Assembly (NCBI GenBank): GCA_030841025.1
Contig: JAVEDJ010000309.1
Coordinates: 1 to 43,549 of the forward strand
Length of the DNA: 43,549 bases
Direction of reading: 5' to 3'
DNA from: Actinomycetota bacterium
Lineage (GTDB): Bacteria > Actinomycetota > Actinomycetes > JACCUZ01
A program made the translations under genes and the position numbers. Below, piece by piece: positions 27,544 through 36,534 of the stretch. Each line of letters starts with the position of its first letter. The stretch's first letter is position 1. Below the pieces are notes generated by a model. It ran no database searches. It was not told where the DNA came from and saw nothing but the letters and a program-made list of their open reading frames with translations.

Positions 27544-30537
27544 GTGAGCCGGGGAAGTGAGTCCGCGCGGCTGGCGCGGGTCGGCTTCACCGAGCCCGAT
27601 CGCGCCGCCGAGCAGCTCGCGACACCCCCGCTGGCCGCGCTGTCCGGCGACGACGGCCTGCTGACCGCGCTCGCCGCCACCGCCGATCCCGACGCGGCCC
27701 TGCACAACCTCACCCGGCTGGTTGGTGCCAGCGCCGACCCCGACCGTCTCGTCGCCGCCCTGCGTGACGACGAGATGCGCGAGGGGCTGCTGCATGTCCT
27801 GGGGGCCAGCGACGCACTGGCCGATCACCTGGTCCGCCACCCGGAGCACTGGCAGCTCCTGCGCCGACGCGACGACCACGGTGAGCAGCGAGCGCACTCG
27901 CGGGCCACCGCCGCCGGCCTGCGTACCGAGATGCTGCGGGCGGTGGGCGCGGATGCCTCGGCAGCGGAGCCGGTCGCAACCGCGGCCGACGCACCGGACG
28001 CGCTCCGGGTCGCCTATCGCGGCGCCCTCCTGCGACTGGCCGCGGGCGACCTCACCGCCGCGGTCGACGTCAGCGACGTGGCCGCCGAGCTGGCCGACCT
28101 GGCCGGGGGCACTCTCGACGCCGCGCTGGCCATTGCCCGGGCCGGCCTGCCGGCCGACGCGGCGCCTTGCCGGCTTGCAGTGATCGCGATGGGCAAGTGT
28201 GGCGGGCAGGAGCTGAACTACGCCAGCGACGTCGACGTCGTGTTCGTCGCCGAGGCGCACCCCGGTGGCGACGACGCGGCGGCGCTGCGCACGGCGAACG
28301 CCTTGGCGGTCGGCCTGATGCGCGCGTGTTCCGCGACGACGGCCGAGGGGACCATCTGGCCGGTGGACGCTGCCCTCCGCCCCGAGGGCAAGGCCGGACC
28401 CCTGGTGCGGACGTTGGCCAGCCACGTGGCCTACTACGAGCGGTGGGCCCACACGTGGGAGTTCCAGGCGCTGCTCAAGGCACGACCCGTCGCCGGGGAC
28501 CTCGCCCTCGGCAAGGACTACGTCGAGGCCCTGTCGCCGCTGGTCTGGCGAGCGGCGGAGCGCGACGACTTCGTTGCCGACGTGCAGACCATGCGTCGAC
28601 GCGTCGAGTCCACGTTGCCGTCCGACGCGAGCCATCGCCAGCTCAAGCTCGGCCCCGGGGGCCTGCGCGACGTCGAGTTCGCCGTGCAGCTGCTGCAGCT
28701 GGTGCACGGCCGCAGTGACGACACGCTGCGCAGCCCCAACACCCTGGCGGCACTCGAGGCGCTGTCGACGTACGGCTATGTCGGCCGCGACGACGCCGCC
28801 GAGCTCGACCGGGCCTACCGCTTCCTGCGCACCGTCGAGCACCGGCTGCAGCTCGCGCGCCTGCAGCGGACGCACATGATGCCCGACGACCCGGCGGAGC
28901 TGCGGCGGCTCGGCCGGTCGATCGGCATGCGCACCAACCCGATCCAGGAGCTCGAGGACGAGTGGCGGCGGCATGCGCGCGAGGTTCGGCGGCTGCACGA
29001 GAAGCTGTTCTACCGGCCTCTGCTTGCGTCGGTCGCGCGGCTGGGCCCGGCCGAGGCCCGGCTGACGCCCGAGGCCGCGCAGTCGCGGCTCGAGGCACTC
29101 GGCTACCTGGACCCGCCGGGTGCGTTGCGGCACCTGGAGGCGTTGACCACGGGCGTGAGCCGGCGGGCCGCGATCCAACGCACCCTGCTGCCGGTCATGC
29201 TCGGCTGGTTCGCGGACGCACCCGACCCGGACGGTGGGCTGCTCGCCTTCCGTCGCATCAGCGAGGCCATGGGTACGACGCCGTGGTACCTCCGTCTGCT
29301 GCGCGACGAGGGCGCCGTCGCCTCGCACCTCGCGCACCTGCTGGCCAGCAGCCGGTACGCCGTGGAGCTGCTCGAGCAGGCACCCGACGCGGTGCGGATG
29401 CTTGCCGACGACGCCGAGCTGCGGCCCCGGTCGCGGGTGGCCCTGCAGTCGGAGGTGCGCTCCTCGACCGAACGGCACGAGGACCCCGAAGCCGCGGTCG
29501 CCGTGGCCCGGGGGGTGCGTCGCCGCGAGCTGTTCCGCATCGCAGCCGGCGACGTCTTGGGCCTCAGCGGGGTCGAGGAGGTAGAGCAGGGGCTCACCGA
29601 CGTCGCGTCCGTGACGGTGTCCGCGGCGCTCGAGGTCGCCATCCGGCAGGCGGAGCGGGCGTCTGGTCAGCCGCTGCCCACGAGGCTGGCCGTCATCGCC
29701 ATGGGCCGGTTCGGTGGGCATGAGCTGGGCTACGCCAGCGACGCGGACGTGCTGTTCGTGCACGACCCGGCCGAGGCCGCCGACGAGCGGGCAGCCTCGG
29801 AGGCGGCCCACGCGGTGGTGCAGGAGCTGCGGCGCCTGCTGTCGGTGCCGTCACCCGACCCGCCGCTGGTGGTGGACGCCGACCTACGTCCGGAGGGCCG
29901 GCAAGGTCCTCTGGTCCGCACCCTGGCGTCCTACCAGGCCTACTACGAACGCTGGTCGCTCGTGTGGGAGGCGCAGGCCTTGCTGCGCGCTGAGCCATTG
30001 GCGGGCGACGCGGAGCTCGGGGCTCGCTTCCTCGACCTGATCGACCCGATCCGCTACCCCGCAACGGGGCTCGACGACTCGTCAGTACGCGAGATCCGGC
30101 GCGTCAAGGCCCGGGTGGAGGCCGAGCGGCTGCCTCGCGGCACGGACCCGGCGCGCAACACCAAGCTGGGGCCGGGCGGACTCGCCGACGTGGAGTGGAC
30201 GGTGCAGCTGCTGCAGCTCCAGCACGGCGCCCAGGTGCCGGACCTGCGGACCACGGGGACGCTGTCCGCGCTCGCGGCGGCGGCGCAGCACCGTCTGCTG
30301 GAACCCGAGCAGGCCGAGACGCTCGCCCACGCCTGGCGGATGGCGAGCCGGGTGCGCAACGCGGGCCTGCTGGTGCGCGGTCGGCCGGGGGACAACCTGC
30401 CCTCGGACTTGCGCGAACTGTCGGGAATCGCCCGGTTGCTGGGTTATCCTCCCGGCGCGGCAGGCGCGTTGGTGGACGACTACCGACGTGCGACCCGACG
30501 GGCGAGGACAGTGGTGGACGAGGTGTTCTACCGGTGA
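27544..30537 (+). CDS. glnE: Glutamine synthetase adenylyltransferase/deadenylase
   Basis: Two nucleotidyltransferase domains: AMGKCGGQELNYASDVD...DAALRPEG and AMGRFGGHELGYASDAD...DADLRPEG; KLGPGGL.DVE occurs twice. Confidence 0.96.
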   Translation: MSRGSESARLARVGFTEPDRAAEQLATPPLAALSGDDGLLTALAATADPDAALHNLTRLVGASADPDRLVAALRDDEMREGLLHVLGASDALADHLVRHPEHWQLLRRRDDHGEQRAHSRATAAGLRTEMLRAVGADASAAEPVATAADAPDALRVAYRGALLRLAAGDLTAAVDVSDVAAELADLAGGTLDAALAIARAGLPADAAPCRLAVIAMGKCGGQELNYASDVDVVFVAEAHPGGDDAAALRTANALAVGLMRACSATTAEGTIWPVDAALRPEGKAGPLVRTLASHVAYYERWAHTWEFQALLKARPVAGDLALGKDYVEALSPLVWRAAERDDFVADVQTMRRRVESTLPSDASHRQLKLGPGGLRDVEFAVQLLQLVHGRSDDTLRSPNTLAALEALSTYGYVGRDDAAELDRAYRFLRTVEHRLQLARLQRTHMMPDDPAELRRLGRSIGMRTNPIQELEDEWRRHAREVRRLHEKLFYRPLLASVARLGPAEARLTPEAAQSRLEALGYLDPPGALRHLEALTTGVSRRAAIQRTLLPVMLGWFADAPDPDGGLLAFRRISEAMGTTPWYLRLLRDEGAVASHLAHLLASSRYAVELLEQAPDAVRMLADDAELRPRSRVALQSEVRSSTERHEDPEAAVAVARGVRRRELFRIAAGDVLGLSGVEEVEQGLTDVASVTVSAALEVAIRQAERASGQPLPTRLAVIAMGRFGGHELGYASDADVLFVHDPAEAADERAASEAAHAVVQELRRLLSVPSPDPPLVVDADLRPEGRQGPLVRTLASYQAYYERWSLVWEAQALLRAEPLAGDAELGARFLDLIDPIRYPATGLDDSSVREIRRVKARVEAERLPRGTDPARNTKLGPGGLADVEWTVQLLQLQHGAQVPDLRTTGTLSALAAAAQHRLLEPEQAETLAHAWRMASRVRNAGLLVRGRPGDNLPSDLRELSGIARLLGYPPGAAGALVDDYRRATRRARTVVDEVFYR

Positions 30538-31856
30538 GCGAGCCGGCCACACACGTGGGCGGCGCCGTACCCGGTGGCATGGAAGTCGCCGGCACCGACG
30601 GTTTCGCGCGAACACGCGTTGGCCCGGCGACCTACCGGGAGGCGCTCCGCAGTCGCGAGTTCCGTGGTCTGGTGATCGCCCAGGTCCTGAGTGAATGGGG
30701 CGACCACATCGCTCGCGTCGCCCTGGCGGCGCTGGTGCTCGACCGGACGGACAGCGCATTCCTCGCGGTGCTCGCGTTCGTCGTCAGCTTCCTCCCGGCC
30801 GTGTTCGGCTCGGCCCTGCTCGGGGGGCTCGCCGATCGGTGGCCACGCAAGATCGTGCTGCTCGGCTGCGATCTGGGTCGGGGGCTCATCATCGCGGTGC
30901 TTGCGCTCCTGGCGGTGGGGAGCACGCCCATCTGGGTGCTGCTGCTGACGCTGCTGCTGGCGGAGGTGTTCTCGGCGCCCTTCGAGGCGGCCCAGCGCTC
31001 CGTCGTACCGGACATCCTTCCGCAGCCGCGGTTGGCACTCGCCGGCATGGGCTTGATGCGGGTGCTGTTCCAGCTCGACCAGGTGATCGGCATCGCGCTC
31101 GCGGGTGTCGTCATCTACTTCGTCGATGCCCGATGGGCGTTGCTGCTGGACTCGGCGACGTTCGGCGTGTCCTTCGTCGTGCTGGCGATCACCGTGCGCT
31201 GGCGACCGGCGTCGCAGCAGACGCAGGGCACGCCAACCACTCTGCTGCAGGAGTTCCGCGCCGGGTTCCGCCTCGTGTTCGACGACCCGGCGCTGCGCGC
31301 ACTTGTGATGCTGGGCTGGGGCGCCGCGGTGTTCATCATCGCGCCGGAGGCCGTGGCCCTGGCCTATGCCCGCCACGACGGCGCCGGAAGTGCGGTCGGG
31401 GCCGCCCTCATGGCCAGCATCCCGGCGGGGGCAGCGCTCGGTGCTTACCTCGTCGGCCGGCAGGGGCCGCTGCGACAGGTGCAGCTCCTCCTGCCGCTGG
31501 CCCTGGCCACCTGTCTGCCGCTGTTGGCCACCTGCGTGGCACCTCCGTGGGAGGTGGCCCTGGGGCTGTGGTTCCTCAGCGGCCTCGGTCAGGGCTTCCT
31601 GCTGCCGCTGATCGGCACCGTGAACCTCCTCGCGCCGGCGCACTTCCGCGGGCGGGTCAACGGCCTGGCCGGCGCCGGCTTCGCCCTGGCGAGCGCATCG
31701 TCCTTCCTGCTGGCCGGTGCGCTGGCGGACGTGACGTCGCCCCCGGTGGCCGTGACTGTCGCGGGGGCCGTGGGGGTCGGCCTCATCGGTGCGGCGCGCC
31801 ACTCATGGCCGCGCGGGGCCATCCGGCGGGCCGCGGCAGAGGTGTACGCCGGGTGA
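30534..31856 (+). CDS. MFS transporter (macrolide-efflux/DHA3-like)
   Basis: About 12 TM segments, GGLADRWPRK, APAHFRGRVNG; GTGA overlap with the glnE stop. Confidence 0.88.
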   Translation: MSEPATHVGGAVPGGMEVAGTDGFARTRVGPATYREALRSREFRGLVIAQVLSEWGDHIARVALAALVLDRTDSAFLAVLAFVVSFLPAVFGSALLGGLADRWPRKIVLLGCDLGRGLIIAVLALLAVGSTPIWVLLLTLLLAEVFSAPFEAAQRSVVPDILPQPRLALAGMGLMRVLFQLDQVIGIALAGVVIYFVDARWALLLDSATFGVSFVVLAITVRWRPASQQTQGTPTTLLQEFRAGFRLVFDDPALRALVMLGWGAAVFIIAPEAVALAYARHDGAGSAVGAALMASIPAGAALGAYLVGRQGPLRQVQLLLPLALATCLPLLATCVAPPWEVALGLWFLSGLGQGFLLPLIGTVNLLAPAHFRGRVNGLAGAGFALASASSFLLAGALADVTSPPVAVTVAGAVGVGLIGAARHSWPRGAIRRAAAEVYAG

Positions 31857-32080
31857 ACCCTCGGGCCGCCGGCTCCGTCCTTGGTTGACGACGCCCCCGC
31901 AGCTTGCTGACGCCGCTGCAGGGGAGTGGCACGATCGCTGACTGAGTGACAGATATGCGTGCAATCGTCCATTTTTACCCTACCTGGGTGTGCACACCGG
32001 TGCACAGCAGTCACACTGGAAACAGCCCGCCGTCGCGGTGACCTCCCTTCCCGCGCTTCCGCTCACGAAAGTACTCACTC

Positions 32081-33403
32081 ATGGACTTGGCTCGTCGCCA
32101 CCTCCCGGCCGCCGCGCGCGGCCTGGCCGCCACCGTCGCCGTCGTACTCGCGACCGTGCTCCTGCCGGCTCCCGCGGCGCCTGCCGCCACCGGTGTCACG
32201 GTGCCGAGGCAGTTCTTCGGCCAGCACGACAGCCGGCCGGAATCGTGGCCACGGGTGACCGTCGGATCGGTGCGGCTCTGGGACGCCGGGGTCACCTGGC
32301 GCGACATCGAACGGACGCCGGGCAGCTACGACTGGTCCCGACTCGACACGCTGGTCCGGGTCGCCCGGGCCAAGGGTGCCGAGATCACCCTGACCCTCGG
32401 CCAGACGCCCACCTTCCGGGTCGCCCAGCCATCGACGCAGCGGCCCGGCTGCGGCGAGGCCCCCACCAATCCCTACTGCGCTCGCTACGGGGCCGGGGCC
32501 ACGAGCATGCCGAACACGAACGCCTGGATCGCGTACGTGAAGGAGGTCGCCGCCCGGTATCGGGGCCGGATCGCGGCGCTGCAGGTGTGGAACGAGTCCA
32601 ACGTCCCCGGCTTCTGGAGCGGCACGCAGGCACAGATGGCCGAGCTGACTTATCTGGCCAAGAGAGCAGTCGGCAGCGGCATGCAGATCGTCTCGCCCAG
32701 CTTCGTGGGCCGGACGAACCGGAGCCTGATCAGCGCCTACTTCGCGGCCAAGCCGCACGGCCAACCGGTGCGCAACTTCTTCGACAAGGTGGGGCTCTCG
32801 CTCTACCCGGCGCCGACAGGAACCCCGGAGACGTCCACTGAGGACACCTTTGGCCCGCTCAAGGTCGTGCAGCGAATCCTGAAGAAGTACAAGGTCAACA
32901 AGCCCATCTGGAACACCGAGATCAACTACGGGCTCGCGTCCGGTGGCACGGGAGCCAAGCCGCCGACGATCAGCGCCGACCGGCAGGCCGCCTATGTCGT
33001 GCGCACCTACCTGCTCAACGCCGACGCCCGGATCCAGCGAGTGTTCTGGTACGCCTGGGACCTGCAGAGCATCGGCAACACGTACCTGAGCACCAGCAGC
33101 GGGTCACCGACGCTGGCAGGCAAGGCGGTCGGACTGACCGCGAGCTGGGTGGCCAAGTCGCGGCTCAAGAGCTGCAGCCGCGCGACCAAGGGCGCCACCA
33201 AGGGTCTCTTCGTCTGCACGCTGACCTACCGCGGCGGCGTGAAGCGCATCTACTGGAACACGCACCCGACGAAACGGGTCAAGGTGACGATGCCGAAGAC
33301 GGCGACCTACGGAATCAGCCTGTACGGTAAGAAAACGAAGATCAAGGGCGGCTCGAAGAAGTACGTCGACTATCGCCCGCTGCTGGTGCGCTCCAAGAAG
33401 TAG
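32081..33403 (+). CDS. Secreted clan GH-A glycoside hydrolase (GH39/GH5-like), paralog 1
   Basis: Signal peptide; VRLWDAGVTW, TLGQTP, QVWNESN (acid/base), IWNTEINYG (nucleophile), FWYAWD; Lys-rich C-terminus. Confidence 0.85.
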   Translation: MDLARRHLPAAARGLAATVAVVLATVLLPAPAAPAATGVTVPRQFFGQHDSRPESWPRVTVGSVRLWDAGVTWRDIERTPGSYDWSRLDTLVRVARAKGAEITLTLGQTPTFRVAQPSTQRPGCGEAPTNPYCARYGAGATSMPNTNAWIAYVKEVAARYRGRIAALQVWNESNVPGFWSGTQAQMAELTYLAKRAVGSGMQIVSPSFVGRTNRSLISAYFAAKPHGQPVRNFFDKVGLSLYPAPTGTPETSTEDTFGPLKVVQRILKKYKVNKPIWNTEINYGLASGGTGAKPPTISADRQAAYVVRTYLLNADARIQRVFWYAWDLQSIGNTYLSTSSGSPTLAGKAVGLTASWVAKSRLKSCSRATKGATKGLFVCTLTYRGGVKRIYWNTHPTKRVKVTMPKTATYGISLYGKKTKIKGGSKKYVDYRPLLVRSKK

Positions 33404-33454
33404 GGGGTAAGCGACCAGCAGACTCGATCCGTGCGCAACCACTCTGGGAGATCC

Positions 33455-34738
33455 GTGACTTTTCCGATCCATCCGTTCAGCCGTCCAGCTCTGACGCGAG
33501 CCTCGGTGCTGGGCGTGTCCGTGGTGCTGGCCGCATCTCTGCTGCCAGCGGCCTCCGCAGCGGCGGCACCTGCGCCGATCACGAGCCGCTACTTCGGCGT
33601 CTCCGACGGCGCGCCGGCCGGCACCTCCGCGGCGGGCTTTCCTCGGGCACCTGTGGGCTCGTTGCGGCTCTGGGACTCGGGTGTCACCTGGAAAGAGCTC
33701 GAGGTCGCGAAGAACAAGTGGAACTGGACCAAGCTGGACGCGATCGTCGCGACGGCGCGCGCCAAGGGTGCGAAACCGATGCTGGTTCTCGGCCAGACTC
33801 CCCGCTTCCACTCGACGCGGCCCGGATTGGTCGGGTTCTACGGCAGTGGTTCGCCCACGATGCCGAAGCTGTACTACTGGAAGCGCTATGTAGCCAAGGT
33901 CGCGCAACGATACGGGACCAAGCTCGACTACCAGGTGTGGAACGAGCCGAACGTCAGCGGGATGTGGCGCGGTACTCCCGCCCAGATGGCGCAGCTCACC
34001 GCCGTCACCCGGCAGGTCCTCAAGGCCTGGGCCCCTGGGGCGACGCTGGTGGCACCGTCGTTCCCGGTGCGTTTGGTGACTCAGCGGTCGTGGGTGTCCC
34101 GCTACTACGCGCAGCGGACCGGAGGACGCCCGGTCTCCGCCTACGTCGACGTCGTCTCGCTCAACCTCTACCCGCTGGAGAACGATCGCCCGGAAGAGTC
34201 GATGCAGCTGCTGCGGGCGTCCCGCCAGATCCTGTCCTCGCGCGGTGTGCGCGGAAAGCCGATCTGGAACACGGAGATCAACTACGGCCTCAACGGCCGG
34301 GGTACCGGTGCCAAGAACATCTCCCGGCGGCGAGAGGCGGCGTACGTCGCACGCACCTACGTGCTCAACGCCGCGAACAACGTCAAGCGCGTCTACTGGT
34401 ACGCCTGGGACCTGCAGCGTCTGGGCAACACGGAGATGACCTACCGCAACGGCGCGACGCTCGCGCCCGGCGGCAGGGCATTCGGCGTCGTCTCCTCGTG
34501 GCTGGTCGGCGGCCGGATGCGTGGGTGCACCGTGAGCTCCGCCGGGACGTACACGTGCACGGTGACCTACTCCGGTGGCGTCAAGCGCATCTACTGGAAC
34601 CCGTCGCGCGCGAGCACCATCCGCACCGTCGGCTCGGCGACCTACTACCAGGGCGCGCTGGGTGCGCAGACGCGGCTGCGCGGCAAGAAGGCTCTTCGGG
34701 TCAGCTACTCGCCCGTCATGGTGCGCTCGCGGCGGTAG
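33455..34738 (+). CDS. Secreted clan GH-A glycoside hydrolase (GH39/GH5-like), paralog 2
   Basis: GGGAG RBS before GTG 33455; signal peptide; LRLWDSGVTW, YQVWNEPN, IWNTEINYG, YWYAWD. Confidence 0.85.
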   Translation: MTFPIHPFSRPALTRASVLGVSVVLAASLLPAASAAAAPAPITSRYFGVSDGAPAGTSAAGFPRAPVGSLRLWDSGVTWKELEVAKNKWNWTKLDAIVATARAKGAKPMLVLGQTPRFHSTRPGLVGFYGSGSPTMPKLYYWKRYVAKVAQRYGTKLDYQVWNEPNVSGMWRGTPAQMAQLTAVTRQVLKAWAPGATLVAPSFPVRLVTQRSWVSRYYAQRTGGRPVSAYVDVVSLNLYPLENDRPEESMQLLRASRQILSSRGVRGKPIWNTEINYGLNGRGTGAKNISRRREAAYVARTYVLNAANNVKRVYWYAWDLQRLGNTEMTYRNGATLAPGGRAFGVVSSWLVGGRMRGCTVSSAGTYTCTVTYSGGVKRIYWNPSRASTIRTVGSATYYQGALGAQTRLRGKKALRVSYSPVMVRSRR

Positions 34739-34839
34739 CCGGCGTGGGCTAAACAGCCCGCGCGAGGGCATGATGGGAGCCAGCGCCGGCGAGCAGAGGA
34801 CGGCTCCGGCCCGCCGGCCTGGCAGGAGGACCGAGGAAC

Positions 34840-35058
34840 ATGGCCGTGGACGACATGGAGCTCAGGCTCCTTGGCACGCTCGAAGCATCCCTTGGTGCCC
34901 GCCAGCGGGCGGCCAACGGAGTGACCCCTGACGAGGAACGGTGCCGCCAGACGCTGGCCGAGATGATCGACCTGGAGCGTCAGATCGACGCCGAGACCAT
35001 CAAGGAACGCTCGACGCAGGAGCTCGACGGACCCGGCAGGGGACGCCACCGGCGCTGA
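34840..35058 (+). CDS. Hypothetical protein (72 aa)
   Basis: GAGGA RBS; helical charged composition; ends GRGRHRR; followed by a hairpin. Confidence 0.5.
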   Translation: MAVDDMELRLLGTLEASLGARQRAANGVTPDEERCRQTLAEMIDLERQIDAETIKERSTQELDGPGRGRHRR

Positions 35059-35107
35059 CCGGGCCACCCCCCGACCCCGCCCGCCGCACCACCTGCCGTC
35101 CGGACAC

Positions 35108-35135
35108 TGTCCGATGGTCCACCGACCATCGGACA
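35108..35135. terminator. 12-bp perfect hairpin (possible terminator)
   Basis: TGTCCGATGGTC-CACC-GACCATCGGACA, 50 nt after the 72-aa ORF. Confidence 0.45.
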
Positions 35136-35234
35136 CTGTTGCGACGCATCGGGACTGCGCAGACTGCAGGGACAGACCCGCGGGCTGCCCGCCCCTTGCC
35201 TCAGCGCGCGGACAGGTCATGAGGGGACACCTCA

Positions 35235-35531
35235 GTGGATCTTCGACTGGCGTCCGAGCACTACCGACGGGCGGAGCCAGAACATGCTCGGGGCAACGAC
35301 GCCCGCCCGGACGGCCCCCAGAAAGTCCCTGCGGGTGCCGTGGGCGCGCACTTACCGGGCGCCGCCCCTGCCGGGCGCCGGCACGCCTTCCGGCTCGGCT
35401 ACGAACGCGCTGTCTGTGGCGCCCGCCTGGAGCGGATGATCACCTGGCCTGCTCTGAAATGGCCGGGCGGCCCGGTGCCCGTCGAGGACCTGTGCGGCGT
35501 GTGCGCGGATCGAGCCGCACAACGACGGTGA
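35235..35531 (+). CDS. Small putative Zn-binding protein (H...C...CxxC)
   Basis: RHAFRLGYERAVCG...WP...LCGVC; GAGGGG RBS. Confidence 0.6.
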   Translation: MDLRLASEHYRRAEPEHARGNDARPDGPQKVPAGAVGAHLPGAAPAGRRHAFRLGYERAVCGARLERMITWPALKWPGGPVPVEDLCGVCADRAAQRR

Positions 35532-35591
35532 GCCGAGCTGCCAACAAGTCCGCACGAGCTGCCGTTGCCGGCGGCTGGTGCGGAACCGTCC

Positions 35592-35604
35592 ACAGGTCGA
35601 AGTA
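35592..35604 (+). repeat. 13-bp duplicate of the glnA 3' end (candidate att core)
   Basis: ACAGGTCGAAGTA is identical to 36521-36533. Confidence 0.55.
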
Positions 35605-35727
35605 CAGGCCCAGCTACTGTTCTGGCCCGCTGAGCTGTCTCTAGGGCCATGGTCCTGACCGACAGGTAACCGGAAGCGTCGCGGCGCAGCCTCGAGATTG
35701 CTGGCCGGCGCGGTCCCCCCGGGCCGG

Positions 35728-35991
35728 TCAGCACGATCTGTCGTGAAACAGTCCGCGACGGCCGGTGGCACCGGCTCTCCCTCGGGGGTGGAGCCGGCGA
35801 GCCCACCAGTGACCCCGGACCGGTACTCGTCCCAGGCACGTCAGGCAGGGCACACCGTCATCGGGCGGCCATTGCTGACCGGTCTCGAGCAGAAGCTCGC
35901 GTACGACACCGCACAGCGACGCCGTCGCGCCTCGGGGCAGCGCGTGACGTTGTTCCGGTTCACCGGCGCGCAGCACAGTGAGCAAATCCAT
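35728..35991 (-). CDS. Small putative Zn-binding protein (H...C...CxxC)
   Basis: GGAGG RBS before ATG 35991; RHALPRGATASLCG...WPP...PCLTC. Confidence 0.55.
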   Translation of the reverse strand: MDLLTVLRAGEPEQRHALPRGATASLCGVVRELLLETGQQWPPDDGVPCLTCLGRVPVRGHWWARRLHPRGRAGATGRRGLFHDRSC

Positions 35992-36015
35992 GGGTCCGCC
36001 TCCGTGAGACGCCAC

Positions 36016-36050
36016 GCGCCCCGCCGTCATCGCTCAAGACGGCGGGGCGC
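36016..36050. terminator. 13-bp GC-rich hairpin
   Basis: GCGCCCCGCCGTC-ATCGCTCAA-GACGGCGGGGCGC; no U-tract, role uncertain. Confidence 0.4.
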
Positions 36051-36396
36051 TGCCGCGGACTGCTTCACGGCAGGAGAGGCCCGAGCCGACACGGTCGGGG
36101 GCAGCACCAGCACGGGCCTCAGCTCACACCTTGGGGCCCGCCTGTTGCACCGGCGTTGCATCCCACCAAGGCGGCGGCCCGCACCCATCGGCGCAGGCTC
36201 GTTCCTGGTTGATCAGGCGGGCGGGCGGCCGGCCAGAGAGACTGATCCGCGACGAGGCCCAGGCAACATTGCGCCCGGGCCTCGCCCCAGCCCAGCCACG
36301 CTGCAGGACCGGGCGGTGCGTCCAGGTTGCCCCGAAATGGACTATCTATTCCGCCACGCTGCACCTGGGCCGGTTCTGACGGCGTGTCCAAGGGGT

Positions 36397-36534
36397 GCCT
36401 CGGCCAGGACGGCCCTCGACACCTACGGCCGTCTGTGGCCCGACGCAGACGGGTCCGCACGAGCCGCCGTTGGTGCGGTGCTGGCGGCTCGTGCGGACTC
36501 TGTGCGGACCGAGGGGGCCTACAGGTCGAAGTAG
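36397..36534 (+). pseudogene. Tyrosine integrase C-terminal remnant
   Basis: ASARTALDTYGRLWPDADGSARAAVGAVLAARADSVRT resembles the ...TLDTYGHLWPD... catalytic-Tyr tail of actinobacterial integrases; no upstream integrase body is visible. Confidence 0.7.

Noticed and set aside
27319-29811. 830-aa antisense ORF, and similar long ORFs opposite nadE, the GGDEF gene, glnA2 and the GH genes
   Set aside because: Expected stop-poor shadow frames in high-GC coding DNA; no recognisable motifs.
7560-31914. 12-bp match CTTGCTGACGCC at 7560 and 31903 as island ends
   Set aside because: The interval is mostly core genes, and 12-mer coincidences are expected in 43 kb of GC-rich DNA.
35698-36534. 278-aa ORF as an intact integrase
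   Set aside because: Only the last ~45 residues look integrase-like; the catalytic Arg and HxxR motifs are not recognisable upstream.
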